Of a stretch of DNA of 64,000 bases, positions 25,803 through 35,653 are shown piece by piece. The notes under the pieces were generated by a model. That model had not been told where the DNA came from, did not search any database, and was given only the letters and a program-made list of their open reading frames with translations. How positions within the stretch are numbered: the stretch's first letter is position 1; every line of letters begins with the position of its first letter. The position numbers and the translations under genes were made by a program. The stretch comes from a virus (Duplodnaviria > Caudoviricetes): positions 3 to 64,002 of the IMG/VR virus record IMGVR_UViG_3300045591_000321. One strand, written 5' to 3'.

Positions 25803-26231
25803 TCACCCTTCCCGCCGATTGGATAGCATACCAGGATAAAAATAGGCTGGACTATTCAGCGCCTGGGCGCTTCCGCACGGAATTCCTCCCACCAGCTGCC
25901 GCTTCAACTTGTCGCGCATCTTCATCCAGCGGTCTGCGCGGGCAGAAAGTGAATAAGAAAGCTCTCCCACCGAGGTATCAACCTCGAAGGAGAGCTTCAT
26001 CACAATAGCCTCAAGGCAAGTCAATTTTGCCTGATTCCATGACCCTTTGCCTTTTATCATAGCGGTATACTCTTCGTTGCAGAGCGCCGCCGTCCGGCTT
26101 TTCCCACGCACATCGGTATCTCCAAGCTCAAAGCGCATCTGATTGACGCTTTTATCCTGACATTTACCCGGATCGTAAGAATAAGTAGCCCCAGATGTGT
26201 CAGGAACGGTGCTATTCTGTACTTCCTTCAT
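25803..26231 (-). CDS. Head-tail adaptor
   Basis: YSYDP..QMRFELGDT..L..EE pattern and synteny. Confidence 0.65.
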   Translation of the reverse strand: MKEVQNSTVPDTSGATYSYDPGKCQDKSVNQMRFELGDTDVRGKSRTAALCNEEYTAMIKGKGSWNQAKLTCLEAIVMKLSFEVDTSVGELSYSLSARADRWMKMRDKLKRQLVGGIPCGSAQALNSPAYFYPGMLSNRREG

Positions 26232-26622
26232 TCACACCACCGCCATTCTCTGGTGTAAGCGTCTCCTGAACCGCTTCACCCTCGTCTTTTGGAGCGTTGA
26301 ACGCCTCCTGAACCGCCTTGCGGCCGTCGACACGCTTCAGGTATTCCACCAGCGGCGGCGAAGTGATCGTTGGCACCGACTTTGCCGCATTCGCCGGGGT
26401 CTGCTGCAAAAATAGCAGTGCTGCTTTCACATCCTCCGGCTCCAAAACGACGGCCGCTATGCTGCCGTCGTTTTCAAGGATCGGAGCGGATATGGTTTTG
26501 CTCGGAATGCGCTTTACAAACCCGGTAACTTCCAGGCGAGGCGTTATGTACTCGTCTGGGATCTCTTCATCGATGCGGTAGTCACGGCCCGCAATGTGCA
26601 TGGGGCGCAATGCGATATACAT
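26212..26622 (-). CDS. Head-associated hypothetical protein
   Basis: ORF directly after the major capsid gene. Confidence 0.6.
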   Translation of the reverse strand: MYIALRPMHIAGRDYRIDEEIPDEYITPRLEVTGFVKRIPSKTISAPILENDGSIAAVVLEPEDVKAALLFLQQTPANAAKSVPTITSPPLVEYLKRVDGRKAVQEAFNAPKDEGEAVQETLTPENGGGVNEGSTE

Positions 26623-27650
26623 CACACACACTCCTTCAGGAATGTACCGAGGTCGTCCGCCGTCTTTTTGGTGGAGACGCCCATGAGCCCCTCGATAAAC
26701 TCCGCGTGAGAGCCGTTTTCGCCCGGATACTGGAGAACCGGCATATAGTTGCCGTCACCGAGCATGTCCCAAGTGAACATATAACCGGCAGACGGTTCAT
26801 CGACAGCCGGGGAATCCGTTGCGTAGACCAGAAGGGCGGAATCCGGAGAGCAGATGAATTCCATATCTTCCTCCTGACCAAAATCCGCTTTATTATAGGT
26901 GGACCCGAAGACAGAAACTTTATCCAGACCGAACATCTCGGCAAGAACATTTTCGTTGACGATGGCCGGGTTTGCTGTGCTGCCGCCGTATTTCACATGG
27001 TCGAGGATGATCGGGTTTTCCTTCAGGGCGTTGAACGCGTCCTCGCCAAGTCCAAGCTTGTTCGGGGCGCGGCGGCCTCTCTTCTTCATGCGGGTGCGAA
27101 GATCGTCGAACAGCTTAATCGGATTGCAGTTAGCATCGGAAAATTTAATAAATTGATGGCTGTCCGGAGTGTAGGACGCGCCGCCAGTCCATTCGTCTGT
27201 CCAGACGCCGGCTTTGAAGAAGCCGTCCGCGAAAATGATATCCTGATGGATATTCATCTGCTCGGCAATGGTGCGAGTCTTCGCTTTGCGGGGGTCGCTT
27301 GCGCCGGGAACCGGCTGCCGCTGAATATTTGTCTGCGCGATCTGGTCGATCCCGAGAAGGATCTGATCGATTGCGACCGAATAGGTTTCCAGATGGTTAC
27401 TGATAATGGTCGGCGCTACCCTGCCGAGAGCAGGCTTGCGGCGCACATTGTCGCGGGCAAGGTCCGCCCGTTCAAAGACGTAATAAGCCGCCGTGGAGAG
27501 CTGCACCGGCAAAATGGGAAAAAGCTGTTTTGCCACATAAGCATCCTGCGCCTGAAAATAGGCCATAGCCATATTCGTCAGCACAACATTGGGATGAAAA
27601 AGCCCTTTTGCGATCTGGGACTGAATAGAGCTTGCGTTAACTGCATTCAT
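26622..27650 (-). CDS. Major capsid protein
   Basis: 342 aa; LTNMAMAY, LFPILPV motifs; position after scaffold and decoration genes. Confidence 0.85.
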   Translation of the reverse strand: MNAVNASSIQSQIAKGLFHPNVVLTNMAMAYFQAQDAYVAKQLFPILPVQLSTAAYYVFERADLARDNVRRKPALGRVAPTIISNHLETYSVAIDQILLGIDQIAQTNIQRQPVPGASDPRKAKTRTIAEQMNIHQDIIFADGFFKAGVWTDEWTGGASYTPDSHQFIKFSDANCNPIKLFDDLRTRMKKRGRRAPNKLGLGEDAFNALKENPIILDHVKYGGSTANPAIVNENVLAEMFGLDKVSVFGSTYNKADFGQEEDMEFICSPDSALLVYATDSPAVDEPSAGYMFTWDMLGDGNYMPVLQYPGENGSHAEFIEGLMGVSTKKTADDLGTFLKECV

Positions 27651-27670
27651 CGGTTATTTTCCTCCTTGTT

Positions 27671-28105
27671 TTAGCCGTTCGCCACAGCCGCGAGACGGTA
27701 TTTGGTAATCTGGACAAACACCATTGCGCCCGAAGCTGCGGATTCGAGCGCGGTGGCCACGATGTAACTGGAGCCGGTTGCCGGGATAAGGTTGCCATGG
27801 GTATCGGTCGTAAGCTCCGCGCCCGCCGCAATTGCGGCACCGGCCATACCGTAGCCCATTTCCTTCACCTGAAGGTCGATGTCGTCTCCTTTATTGGCCG
27901 CGCCGTCCTTACCGTCCATGCTGTTGCTTGCGCCCGCCGTAAGCAGCCCAATACCGATGATCGGCTTCGTGGCGTCGGTCGCGAGGGCCGCGTTCCCGTT
28001 GGCGTCGATGGTAAAGGCGCGTCCCCGCACGTCGTCAACGGCCGCAGCGGCTTTTTTCGTAATCGTGATGGATTCCTGAATACCGGAAGTTGTGAAAGTT
28101 GCCAT
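27671..28105 (-). CDS. Capsid decoration/cement protein (DUF2190-like)
   Basis: AGAAIAAGAELTTD..G...A.ALESAA motif. Confidence 0.75.
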   Translation of the reverse strand: MATFTTSGIQESITITKKAAAAVDDVRGRAFTIDANGNAALATDATKPIIGIGLLTAGASNSMDGKDGAANKGDDIDLQVKEMGYGMAGAAIAAGAELTTDTHGNLIPATGSSYIVATALESAASGAMVFVQITKYRLAAVANG

Positions 28106-29232
28106 TACGCTCTGCCTCCTTCATAATCTTGCTCGTACTCGGTCTCAAGCTCCGGATGTTCTTCGAACGCGCGGACCATAGCCTGCTGAGGGGTCAGCTC
28201 CGGGTGCTCGGACCGGATGGACTTCGCGATTTCCTGTGCTTTCTGGACGGAGCCGGTCGCCGCTTCGTACTGATGGGACGATTTCCCGATCTCGTTAAAC
28301 AGGCCGGAATCACTCTTCTGAACTGCGGCAAGCGCCTTATCGAGCGCGCCGACGTAGGCGTCATAGGCAGTAGGCCCGGCGGTCTTCATCGCGCACAGCG
28401 TTTTCACAAGGTCTTCCGATTTTTCACCGAGCAGAGCGTATTTTTTCGCGACCTCCTGCATAGCGCCCTCTTCCTGTTGCTGAAGCGACTTTTCCATCCG
28501 CTCGGAAAGCGCGTTCATACGGTCGATGGCTTTCTGTACAGCGGGATCCGACGAGGTACCCTCAGGAACCGCAGCGGGCACGGGCGTCTGAACCGATGCC
28601 GGTGCAGCAGCGGGGGCCGTTGCCGTAGTAGGCGTGGAAGTAGGCTCCGAGGCGGGGGGCGTCTGTTCGCTGGGAATCTGAGATGCGGATTTTTTTGCGG
28701 GTTCCTTCTTGGCTGCGGGTTTCACCTTCCCGAGCAGACCCTTAAAGGTTTTCTGTTCATCCTCCGACAGTGCGGAAAGATCCATGTTTTCATCGTTCAT
28801 GTCATTGTCTCCTTTATCATTTTTTTCGAGAGATTCGCCGGAAAACATCGTGCCGATCCAGCCGCTCATAGCATCGGTATACTCGGAGAGGCTTTGAAGC
28901 AAAAGATCGCGCTTTGCGGGACCGTCCTGTTCATCGTCTTCCAAAATGCTCTGAATGCTGGTGTAGAAGGCGTCCTGGTACTGATAGAAGGCCCGGCGCT
29001 GCTCCTGAGTGCTTTCCACATCTCCGAACGTCTGCGCGTCCTTTTGGATCCCGCCGTTCGAAAATGTATTTTTGAGCATCGACCAAGCCCGCTTCACCGG
29101 GGATTCTTCCTCCTGGGGGGCGCTTTTGTACAGCGTGATATTGGCGTCAGGATTTGCACCCTGCTGGCAAAGATCAACGCTGGTAAGGTGGATATTCTTG
29201 AGCTTCGTTTTACTGTTTTTTTTGATTGCCAC
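28105..29232 (-). CDS. Putative scaffolding protein
   Basis: Charged and low-complexity; located between protease and capsid genes. Confidence 0.65.
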   Translation of the reverse strand: MAIKKNSKTKLKNIHLTSVDLCQQGANPDANITLYKSAPQEEESPVKRAWSMLKNTFSNGGIQKDAQTFGDVESTQEQRRAFYQYQDAFYTSIQSILEDDEQDGPAKRDLLLQSLSEYTDAMSGWIGTMFSGESLEKNDKGDNDMNDENMDLSALSEDEQKTFKGLLGKVKPAAKKEPAKKSASQIPSEQTPPASEPTSTPTTATAPAAAPASVQTPVPAAVPEGTSSDPAVQKAIDRMNALSERMEKSLQQQEEGAMQEVAKKYALLGEKSEDLVKTLCAMKTAGPTAYDAYVGALDKALAAVQKSDSGLFNEIGKSSHQYEAATGSVQKAQEIAKSIRSEHPELTPQQAMVRAFEEHPELETEYEQDYEGGRA

Positions 29233-29234
29233 GT

Positions 29235-29765
29235 TTATTCACCCCCTTCCCCTTCATCTTCGACCGGGACCCGGGTGCCCTGCCCCTCAATAGAAAACAT
29301 CCGGTAGGTGCCATCCTTGATTTTTTCCCAGGCATCATCGTCGTCTACGTAGAAGCCAATCCACCACCCGAGCGGCACCGCGTCGGCATCAAGGCCCATT
29401 GCCTTGAGCTTATCCGGGGTAAATACGCAACTTTCGACGAGACTGGCAATCTGTCTTCGGCTCGGGTCGTGTTCCTCGCCGCCGTCTCTAAAGTTGAGCA
29501 CATATTCATAAACGGCGTCTTCCAGATCCTCCGGATCGATCATGTCCTGCTGAAGGTCAACGATCTGTTCCCCGTCCGTGCGCACAGCGACATTCGCCCA
29601 GCCGAAAACAAGGTGTTTATCGTCGTCGGTCTTGACAATCTGGAACGATTCTTCCTGTTCTTTCTGCTCTTTCAGTGCTTCACGGAATGTCTTACCGACA
29701 TTTTGCTTTTCAAGATGAAAAGGGGTATCATCCTCAGCCCACCGCTCGATTAAACTCATGTTCAC
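29235..29765 (-). CDS. XkdF-like prohead protease
   Basis: LVFGWA, DLQQD, GEEH, GWWIG, MFSIEG. Confidence 0.85.
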   Translation of the reverse strand: MNMSLIERWAEDDTPFHLEKQNVGKTFREALKEQKEQEESFQIVKTDDDKHLVFGWANVAVRTDGEQIVDLQQDMIDPEDLEDAVYEYVLNFRDGGEEHDPSRRQIASLVESCVFTPDKLKAMGLDADAVPLGWWIGFYVDDDDAWEKIKDGTYRMFSIEGQGTRVPVEDEGEGGE

Positions 29766-30598
29766 ACCTCACTTAAATAAACGTATGTCACACCGCGGCC
29801 CTTTTTGGTTTGCTCCACGGTGAACTTGCTTTTCTTGGACACAATCACCTCATGCTCACCCGGAATACTGGAAAGATGATTGATGCTCGTCCCGCGCTTG
29901 GTAGACGGAAGCACAAACATGACCTTGCTGCCGCCTCCCCGGAGGAACGTCTCGGCATTTTTCTTGTCGCTGCTCCAGCTGCTTGTTCCGGCCATGTCCA
30001 GAGTGGAGCCTTTTGAGAGGCTTTTTATTTGTTCTGATGAAATATTGATTCCTCGGTAAAGCTCTCCGCCGCCCCATTTAGGTGACAAGTCGATCAGCTT
30101 TTCAAGGCGGTCACCGGCCTGTTTGTCCTTTGCGCTACCGCCTTTCCCAGATTGTGCCGCGCGGATTTTCTTGTAACTGCTTCCAGAGTAGTCAACGACG
30201 GAATTCCACATATCATCGGCTTCTTTTGTAGTGACCTTTTTTCCGCTGTTTTTTGATAAGTCGTTCCGGAGAACCTCAACGGCCTTTTTTTCATCTTTGG
30301 TACCACCAAAATATTCTTTCGCGGATACATGATCACGGGTTCCAGCCGGCTTTTCGGCTTTCGGCTTTTCACTTGAACCTTTGCTGGAACCCTTACCGGC
30401 TCCCCTACTGGAACCTTTCGGGGACGAATGGTTCTCCCCGCCGGTACGCACTTTTTCCCGAGCAATCGCGGCGCGTCCGGACGCCGTATGCGGATGGAAA
30501 GTAAATGATGCGGCCCCGTGAGAACTGCTGAATCTGCCACGACTGTCGTGGTAGGGATTGAATTTTTCGATTATTTCATCAAATGTTGCCGCTGCCAT
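29762..30598 (-). CDS. MuF-associated ADP-ribosyltransferase (R-S-E clade)
   Basis: N-terminal FNPYHDSRGRF motif; catalytic LYRG...SSWS...EHEV. Confidence 0.8.
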   Translation of the reverse strand: MAAATFDEIIEKFNPYHDSRGRFSSSHGAASFTFHPHTASGRAAIAREKVRTGGENHSSPKGSSRGAGKGSSKGSSEKPKAEKPAGTRDHVSAKEYFGGTKDEKKAVEVLRNDLSKNSGKKVTTKEADDMWNSVVDYSGSSYKKIRAAQSGKGGSAKDKQAGDRLEKLIDLSPKWGGGELYRGINISSEQIKSLSKGSTLDMAGTSSWSSDKKNAETFLRGGGSKVMFVLPSTKRGTSINHLSSIPGEHEVIVSKKSKFTVEQTKKGRGVTYVYLSEV

Positions 30599-30599
30599 T

Positions 30600-31511
30600 T
30601 TAGGCCACTTCCTCTTCTTCGTCTTCCTCATAAAGTGTGGTACAGCGGCAATGAGGGTGAGCGGGCGGAACACGTGCCATACCGTGGGCTTTTGAAAGCT
30701 TGGCCTTAAATTCAAAATTTTCGTTCATTTCGATACTTTGACCTTCAAGAGAGCCACAAATTTCACATGTGCGCTCATCATCCGCAGTGCACCACACCTT
30801 GTTGACGTGGCCCATATAGCCTTTTGCCTGCGCCTGTCGAACGACTTCATACTCGGCGTTGTTATAAGCCATTGTGGCTTCGGTCCGGGCTATCATCTGT
30901 GCGCGGTATCGGTGCTGCTGCTCTGAATACTTCATTGACCGCTGTGCTGCCTTTTCAGGCTTCATGCCGTTGTCAAGCAGACGATTGTAATAGTTCTGGT
31001 TCGCAATCACCTGAGGGCGCGTAAGGCCCACCATTGGGCGAATGACCTTTGCCAGCTCATCCACACTGATTTCTTCGTGATATACCGAATGCTTCAGCGC
31101 CGCGCGGATACCGGCCTGTGTATCCTTGGAACAGCCGGTAACAAAATCGGCGGCCCGGTTCTCCGTCCATTTCCGGACAGCCGGAGCCGCCGGATCATAC
31201 TGAAAGCCATCCCGTACCGTACTGATTTGCTGTGCTGCGGTTTCAAAAGCTTCATCCCACAACGGTTGTAGAGCGTCCACGACAAACATTGCATAGGTTT
31301 GCTGCCATTCGAGCAACATCTGTTTTGAAATCTTTCCGCTTAACAGGGCGTCCCGAATGTCCTTATACGAAACATTGTTTTCGTCCCGGCCACCGACAAT
31401 AAACCGCTTTAGATCAGGTTCCCAGCTGTCCGTGAACTTCTTCAGACGGTCCAACGCCTCTTGATGCGGGTCAACATCGGCTTTTCGCACGGTATTGAGC
31501 AACAGTATCAC
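30600..31511 (-). CDS. Phage Mu F / SPP1 gp7-like minor head protein
   Basis: RAQMIARTEA, WCTADDERTCEICG, PPAHPHCRC. Confidence 0.92.
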   Translation of the reverse strand: MILLLNTVRKADVDPHQEALDRLKKFTDSWEPDLKRFIVGGRDENNVSYKDIRDALLSGKISKQMLLEWQQTYAMFVVDALQPLWDEAFETAAQQISTVRDGFQYDPAAPAVRKWTENRAADFVTGCSKDTQAGIRAALKHSVYHEEISVDELAKVIRPMVGLTRPQVIANQNYYNRLLDNGMKPEKAAQRSMKYSEQQHRYRAQMIARTEATMAYNNAEYEVVRQAQAKGYMGHVNKVWCTADDERTCEICGSLEGQSIEMNENFEFKAKLSKAHGMARVPPAHPHCRCTTLYEEDEEEEVA

Positions 31512-32857
31512 GAATCATCACCATCCACGCCTGAGTCATCCTCAAGCTGATCAGAATCATTGTCCACGTCGCGGGCCTCCGGCTCTTCCCCGTCCTCAGG
31601 CGGCGTATCGGACGGATACTCTTCTGTCCGCTCCGGAAGGTGGCCCGCCTGCCGCAGGTAATCCTCAAGGCCGGCATCCGGGGTAAGTGCGCCGCACCCG
31701 ACCATCTGATTCACAAACGACCCAAGCGCAGTCAAATCCACATTCTCGACGTCGCCATGCGTCATTGTCGGGTAGTCCGAAAAACCGTTGAAATGCTCGG
31801 CATTCAGATCTACCAAGCGCGGAATTGCCTGGGTATTGAACACGTTGCAAATAATATCAAGGTAGGTACCCATTGCGGTACCGAAAAGCTCTGTTTTGTC
31901 AGAGGAAAGGGCGAAGCTCCCGGTACTCTGCTGCCCAAGAAGGATGAAATCCGCGAGGGTTGTCATTGCAATGCGTTTATCCCAACGTTCTATGATCTGG
32001 CCGGTATCGAAATTCCGCTTTCCTCCGGCAGACAGCAGATCAAGCTTCCAGCCGTCCGGTATGACGAGCCCCTCCTGCGTGTCGCGGCGAATAGATGTGA
32101 CAACCTTTTCGGCCCGCTGTAGATATTGCTTGGATTCTTCACTTTCATCCCATATATCTACATCCGTTGGTGCCGTAAGGACCGGGAAACCGGCGAGGTC
32201 GCGTTCAACGCCGATTCCTTCGATCTCCTGAATGCGCTTTTTAAAGTACCAGGAGCGGTAAGCGCCGCGCAGGATGGACCGGCCTTCCGGGTTTTCCTTG
32301 CTGGACCGCGTTCGGAAGTGCAGTGCCTTTTCAATCGGAATCATCACTTCCGTGTAAGTGGGCGGCGCGGTCTGCACCATGCCCTGCAGTTCGTCCGTGA
32401 CCGGGTCGTACTGCCAGCGGGAAAGCGTGTCCTGTGCGCGAACCGGAAGCTTACGCCACCCGATCAGCCCATCATCGTACTTGCTGGAATACCGCGAGTC
32501 TTTCGAGCGCCCACAGCGGCGCTTATAGACGATTTCGTGATATGACCAGCCGTATGTGAGAAACGAGAGAATTTCCGAAAGCGTGTCTTGCCAGGTATAC
32601 TGCATGTCGTTGATGCAGCTATCTACAAAGTCCGATGCAGCCTTATCAACCGTCTTGCTGCTGGCAGGTTCGATATTGAATTTTGTTTGCCGAAGCAGCA
32701 TTTCGATGGCGTACAGCATAGCGAAAATAATTTCGTCGTTGTTGGCCATTTCCTTATAGGTTTCAATGCCGCGCGTCCCGGACAGCTCCGGGAGAAATTC
32801 CTCGTAAAAAATGCCGGCATATTTTTTCTGGCCGACACGTCCAATTTCCTGTGGCGT
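31508..32857 (-). CDS. Portal protein (DUF935-like); no canonical start codon at the expected position
   Basis: EIGRVG, EEFLPEL.G, GFSYHE-like GWSYHEIVYK, NPEGRSILR, GIERD-like motifs; follows terminase. Confidence 0.85.
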   Translation of the reverse strand, partial: TPQEIGRVGQKKYAGIFYEEFLPELSGTRGIETYKEMANNDEIIFAMLYAIEMLLRQTKFNIEPASSKTVDKAASDFVDSCINDMQYTWQDTLSEILSFLTYGWSYHEIVYKRRCGRSKDSRYSSKYDDGLIGWRKLPVRAQDTLSRWQYDPVTDELQGMVQTAPPTYTEVMIPIEKALHFRTRSSKENPEGRSILRGAYRSWYFKKRIQEIEGIGVERDLAGFPVLTAPTDVDIWDESEESKQYLQRAEKVVTSIRRDTQEGLVIPDGWKLDLLSAGGKRNFDTGQIIERWDKRIAMTTLADFILLGQQSTGSFALSSDKTELFGTAMGTYLDIICNVFNTQAIPRLVDLNAEHFNGFSDYPTMTHGDVENVDLTALGSFVNQMVGCGALTPDAGLEDYLRQAGHLPERTEEYPSDTPPEDGEEPEARDVDNDSDQLEDDSGVDGDDS

Positions 32858-32861
32858 AATA

Positions 32862-34271
32862 TCACCTGCCTCTCCAATAGCTTGATTTTGTATTTCCGAG
32901 ATTTTGCGGCGGCGGGCCGCCGGTGTACCCCTTTTGCAGTTCCGCAAACCCGTCCGCCGAAGCGTCCACCTGGTCTTTGAATTTTCCCTCTGGGAAGCCT
33001 TCCAACTCATTCAGGAAGTCTTCTGTCCATGGGCCGAGGACAACATCGACGTTACCGTGCTGCCATTGCGCGGCGAACGGCTCGGCGCGAGCTTCCTTTG
33101 AGCCGGTCTCACGCTCGGTGACAACAGAAAAACCAGACAGAAACTTGATAAAGTTCTCTGCCTGGTCCTTCCCGGCCTGCCCCGGATCCTGCGGCAAGCG
33201 GATTTTAACGGTTTTATACCGGCTCTTATCCATGCGGGCAGTCGCTAAAATATGATCACGTACCCTCCCGGCGCTCAACCGTGCGCGGGTGACGTCGCCA
33301 ATGACATAGCGCCCACAGCGGCGCTTTCCAATCAGGACGCCCGCCGTGTAGGCCGGGTCGCCGTTTTCGTCGGTATCCGTGGCCGCCAAGTCCCAGCAAC
33401 GCACCCAGCGAACGACATCATCCGGTATTGCGTCGAGCCAACCGTCCGGCGGTACCTGTGACCGCTTGAAATAGAGACCGGCTGCCGGCTTGATTTTCCA
33501 GTTTCCCATTAGAAGCCGTTCCCGGTCGATTAGCGCCATGGCTTTCAGGTTCGCAAGATAACCGGGGTCATTTTCCAGAAGGACCTTGTTATCCTGAACG
33601 CTGGACGCGATAAACGTCACGCTTTTACAGTCTTCCGGGTTGCAATCGGTCTTCTTGACCAACTCGGCAGGCGTATCACCCCAATGGATAACGTCGTTAA
33701 TCTGCACCATGTAGCGGAGGACGCCGCTCCGTTCGGGAATTGCATACCCGGTCGCCGGGTCCCACCACCATTGAATGAACTCGGCCACCCATGATTCAGC
33801 GTCCGGGTTCGTGGTCGCTCTCACATATGGTCTGATTCCGCACACAGAGCGGTTGCGCGATAACATATAGAAGAACTGCTTGCGGCTGAAATGCGTCAGC
33901 TCGTCAAAGCCGATCATCGTAATTTGTGCGCCCTGCCAGGATAAGCGGTCCTGATCGTACTGCATATGGGCGAAAGACACCTTCGCGCCGGAAGGGAACT
34001 TCCATGTAGCCCTCGGCGAAAGCGACGGCCGCCCGTGCGCATATGGATAGATCGTCATGGACGTATCCCAAAGGCCGCCCTCGTTGGTTATCTGATTGGC
34101 ATTGCGACGGAAAATTACAGCGCCAAAGGACGGATTGTCAATATGCCGCAATGGCTCCAATAGCAGACCGTAGCTTTTGCCGCCGCCTGCCGCGCCGCCG
34201 TAAAAAACAATATCCGCCGGGCTGGACAGGAAGCGCTCCTGCGGCCCAGGTTGAGGACCGATTTCGATCAC
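32862..34271 (-). CDS. Terminase large subunit
   Basis: YGGAAGGGKS Walker A, IGFDELTHF Walker B, WDLAAT and DQVDA nuclease motifs. Confidence 0.95.
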   Translation of the reverse strand: MIEIGPQPGPQERFLSSPADIVFYGGAAGGGKSYGLLLEPLRHIDNPSFGAVIFRRNANQITNEGGLWDTSMTIYPYAHGRPSLSPRATWKFPSGAKVSFAHMQYDQDRLSWQGAQITMIGFDELTHFSRKQFFYMLSRNRSVCGIRPYVRATTNPDAESWVAEFIQWWWDPATGYAIPERSGVLRYMVQINDVIHWGDTPAELVKKTDCNPEDCKSVTFIASSVQDNKVLLENDPGYLANLKAMALIDRERLLMGNWKIKPAAGLYFKRSQVPPDGWLDAIPDDVVRWVRCWDLAATDTDENGDPAYTAGVLIGKRRCGRYVIGDVTRARLSAGRVRDHILATARMDKSRYKTVKIRLPQDPGQAGKDQAENFIKFLSGFSVVTERETGSKEARAEPFAAQWQHGNVDVVLGPWTEDFLNELEGFPEGKFKDQVDASADGFAELQKGYTGGPPPQNLGNTKSSYWRGR

Positions 34272-35053
34272 TTCTTATCCCTCCCATTATCGGGTAGAAC
34301 GATCACGACCTTATTTTCACCATTGGCCAAGTCACTCGAAGGCTGCCCGTCAGATTTTTTTGACTCCCGGATTGCGTTCAGCTGTTCGATGCACTTTGCT
34401 TTTTGCTTCTGAACGCGGGTAAGCTCGGCCTCAAAGCGGACAATTGTCTCGGTGACGGACACCATTGTCGTGTTGAGATGGACGCTATGCCCGTTTTTCT
34501 TTTCATCTTCGGTTGGAACCTTCCACACGCGTCCGGTGCTATCCGATTGCTCATGATTAAACTCTCCCCGGCTGACCGTATAGAGCATCATGCCCATGTT
34601 ATTGCTCTTGCCGTCCTGACCGATCCGGCGCATTCGGTTCAGATCAATCATCAATCTGTGTTCACGCACGGAGAGCATTGCGATCTGTTGTTGAAGCTGT
34701 TCTTCCTCGTCGGAGAAATCCATGTTTTCAAGCATGGCCTTTTCGTCGTCTGAAAGGACGTCCCAATACACTCCCGCGTACAGGCCGTGTTTTAAGTTGT
34801 TCTGGTTCCGCAGCGGAGCACCATGCCCTACCGCGTGCTGATTGCCTAACTGCGCCTTACTCCTCGCGCTGCGTCCTTTTTGGTTGCAACTTTTCTTTTT
34901 TTCGGTTGCAACTTTTCGTACCTTCCAATCGCGGGTGGCCCACGATTTTACCGCGCTCAAAGTGACGCCGTATTTTTCGGCAATCTCCTTATACTTCATG
35001 CCGCTTTGCCAATCCTTGAAAGCGTCCTCATACGCGGGATCGTGCTTGTCCAC
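34268..35053 (-). CDS. Terminase small subunit
   Basis: N-terminal HTH (KYKEIAEKYGVTLSAVKSW), GNQHAVGHGAP..N.N.LKHG motif. Confidence 0.85.
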   Translation of the reverse strand: MDKHDPAYEDAFKDWQSGMKYKEIAEKYGVTLSAVKSWATRDWKVRKVATEKKKSCNQKGRSARSKAQLGNQHAVGHGAPLRNQNNLKHGLYAGVYWDVLSDDEKAMLENMDFSDEEEQLQQQIAMLSVREHRLMIDLNRMRRIGQDGKSNNMGMMLYTVSRGEFNHEQSDSTGRVWKVPTEDEKKNGHSVHLNTTMVSVTETIVRFEAELTRVQKQKAKCIEQLNAIRESKKSDGQPSSDLANGENKVVIVLPDNGRDKK

Positions 35054-35094
35054 TACATATCACCACCTCCGGCGTTACGTTTGTCCCGCAAAAT

Positions 35095-35337
35095 TTACCG
35101 CCGACCGATAATTTGCGGACCGTATTCTTCATTTTCTTTTTCGGAATTAATTGTCTTTGAGTCGCCTATGGCCTGCATCTGCTTCCGCTTTTTCCAGTAT
35201 TCATCGGCTCTCTTTTCAGCAGCGCCATAGACCTGCCAATTGAATTCCGGATGATATCGACAATGTTTCATGGCGCATTTCACCACACAAAAAGACGGCC
35301 CGAAGGCCGCCCTGTAATATTCGGCTTGTGTCAGCAT
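35095..35337 (-). CDS. Hypothetical protein
   Basis: ORF upstream of the small terminase. Confidence 0.45.
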   Translation of the reverse strand: MLTQAEYYRAAFGPSFCVVKCAMKHCRYHPEFNWQVYGAAEKRADEYWKKRKQMQAIGDSKTINSEKENEEYGPQIIGRR

Positions 35338-35457
35338 CCGGCTAACACGCCGACGCCGATCCGGTTGGACCGGTTGTGCTGCTGACATATAAAGGCGGAC
35401 TTACGGATTCTTGACAGGTTACTTACGCGTTTCACCTGTGGTCGGCTCCCGCCGCCG

Positions 35458-35533
35458 TGGAGCTGGAAGAAGGTTTCGAACCCTCGACAACCTGATTACA
35501 AAACAGGTGTTCTGCCAACTGAACTATTCCAGC
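35458..35533 (-). tRNA. tRNA-Thr(UGU), 76 nt, CCA encoded
   Basis: Acceptor GCTGGAA/TTCCAGC-TCCA, D arm GTTC/GAAC, anticodon loop TT-TGT-AA, T arm GAGGG-TTCGAAA-CCTTC. Confidence 0.92.
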
Positions 35534-35613
35534 ATTTATGCGCCGCCCGTGCCACTCAGACAGCGCACCGAAAGGAGGATTACCGCTTCAGGCTCTCGCA
35601 CCCTTGGCGGCAT

Positions 35614-35648
35614 ATAAAAAGCCGCTGTGATTTTGCTCACGGCGGCTA
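35614..35648 (-). terminator. Intrinsic terminator
   Basis: AGCCGCCGTGA-GCAAAA-TCACAGCGGCT-TTTT on the minus strand. Confidence 0.65.
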
Positions 35649-35653
35649 TCGGC

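Noticed and set aside
28099-29307. Long plus-strand ORFs in the structural region (e.g. 28099-29307, 26610-27674, 54243-55112, 41437-42243)
   Set aside because: Antisense shadows of well-supported minus-strand genes in GC-rich coding DNA; no recognisable motifs
32858-33010. N-terminal extension of the portal ORF given in the track
   Set aside because: It overlaps the terminase C-terminus and is uninformative; portal-like sequence begins near PQEIG
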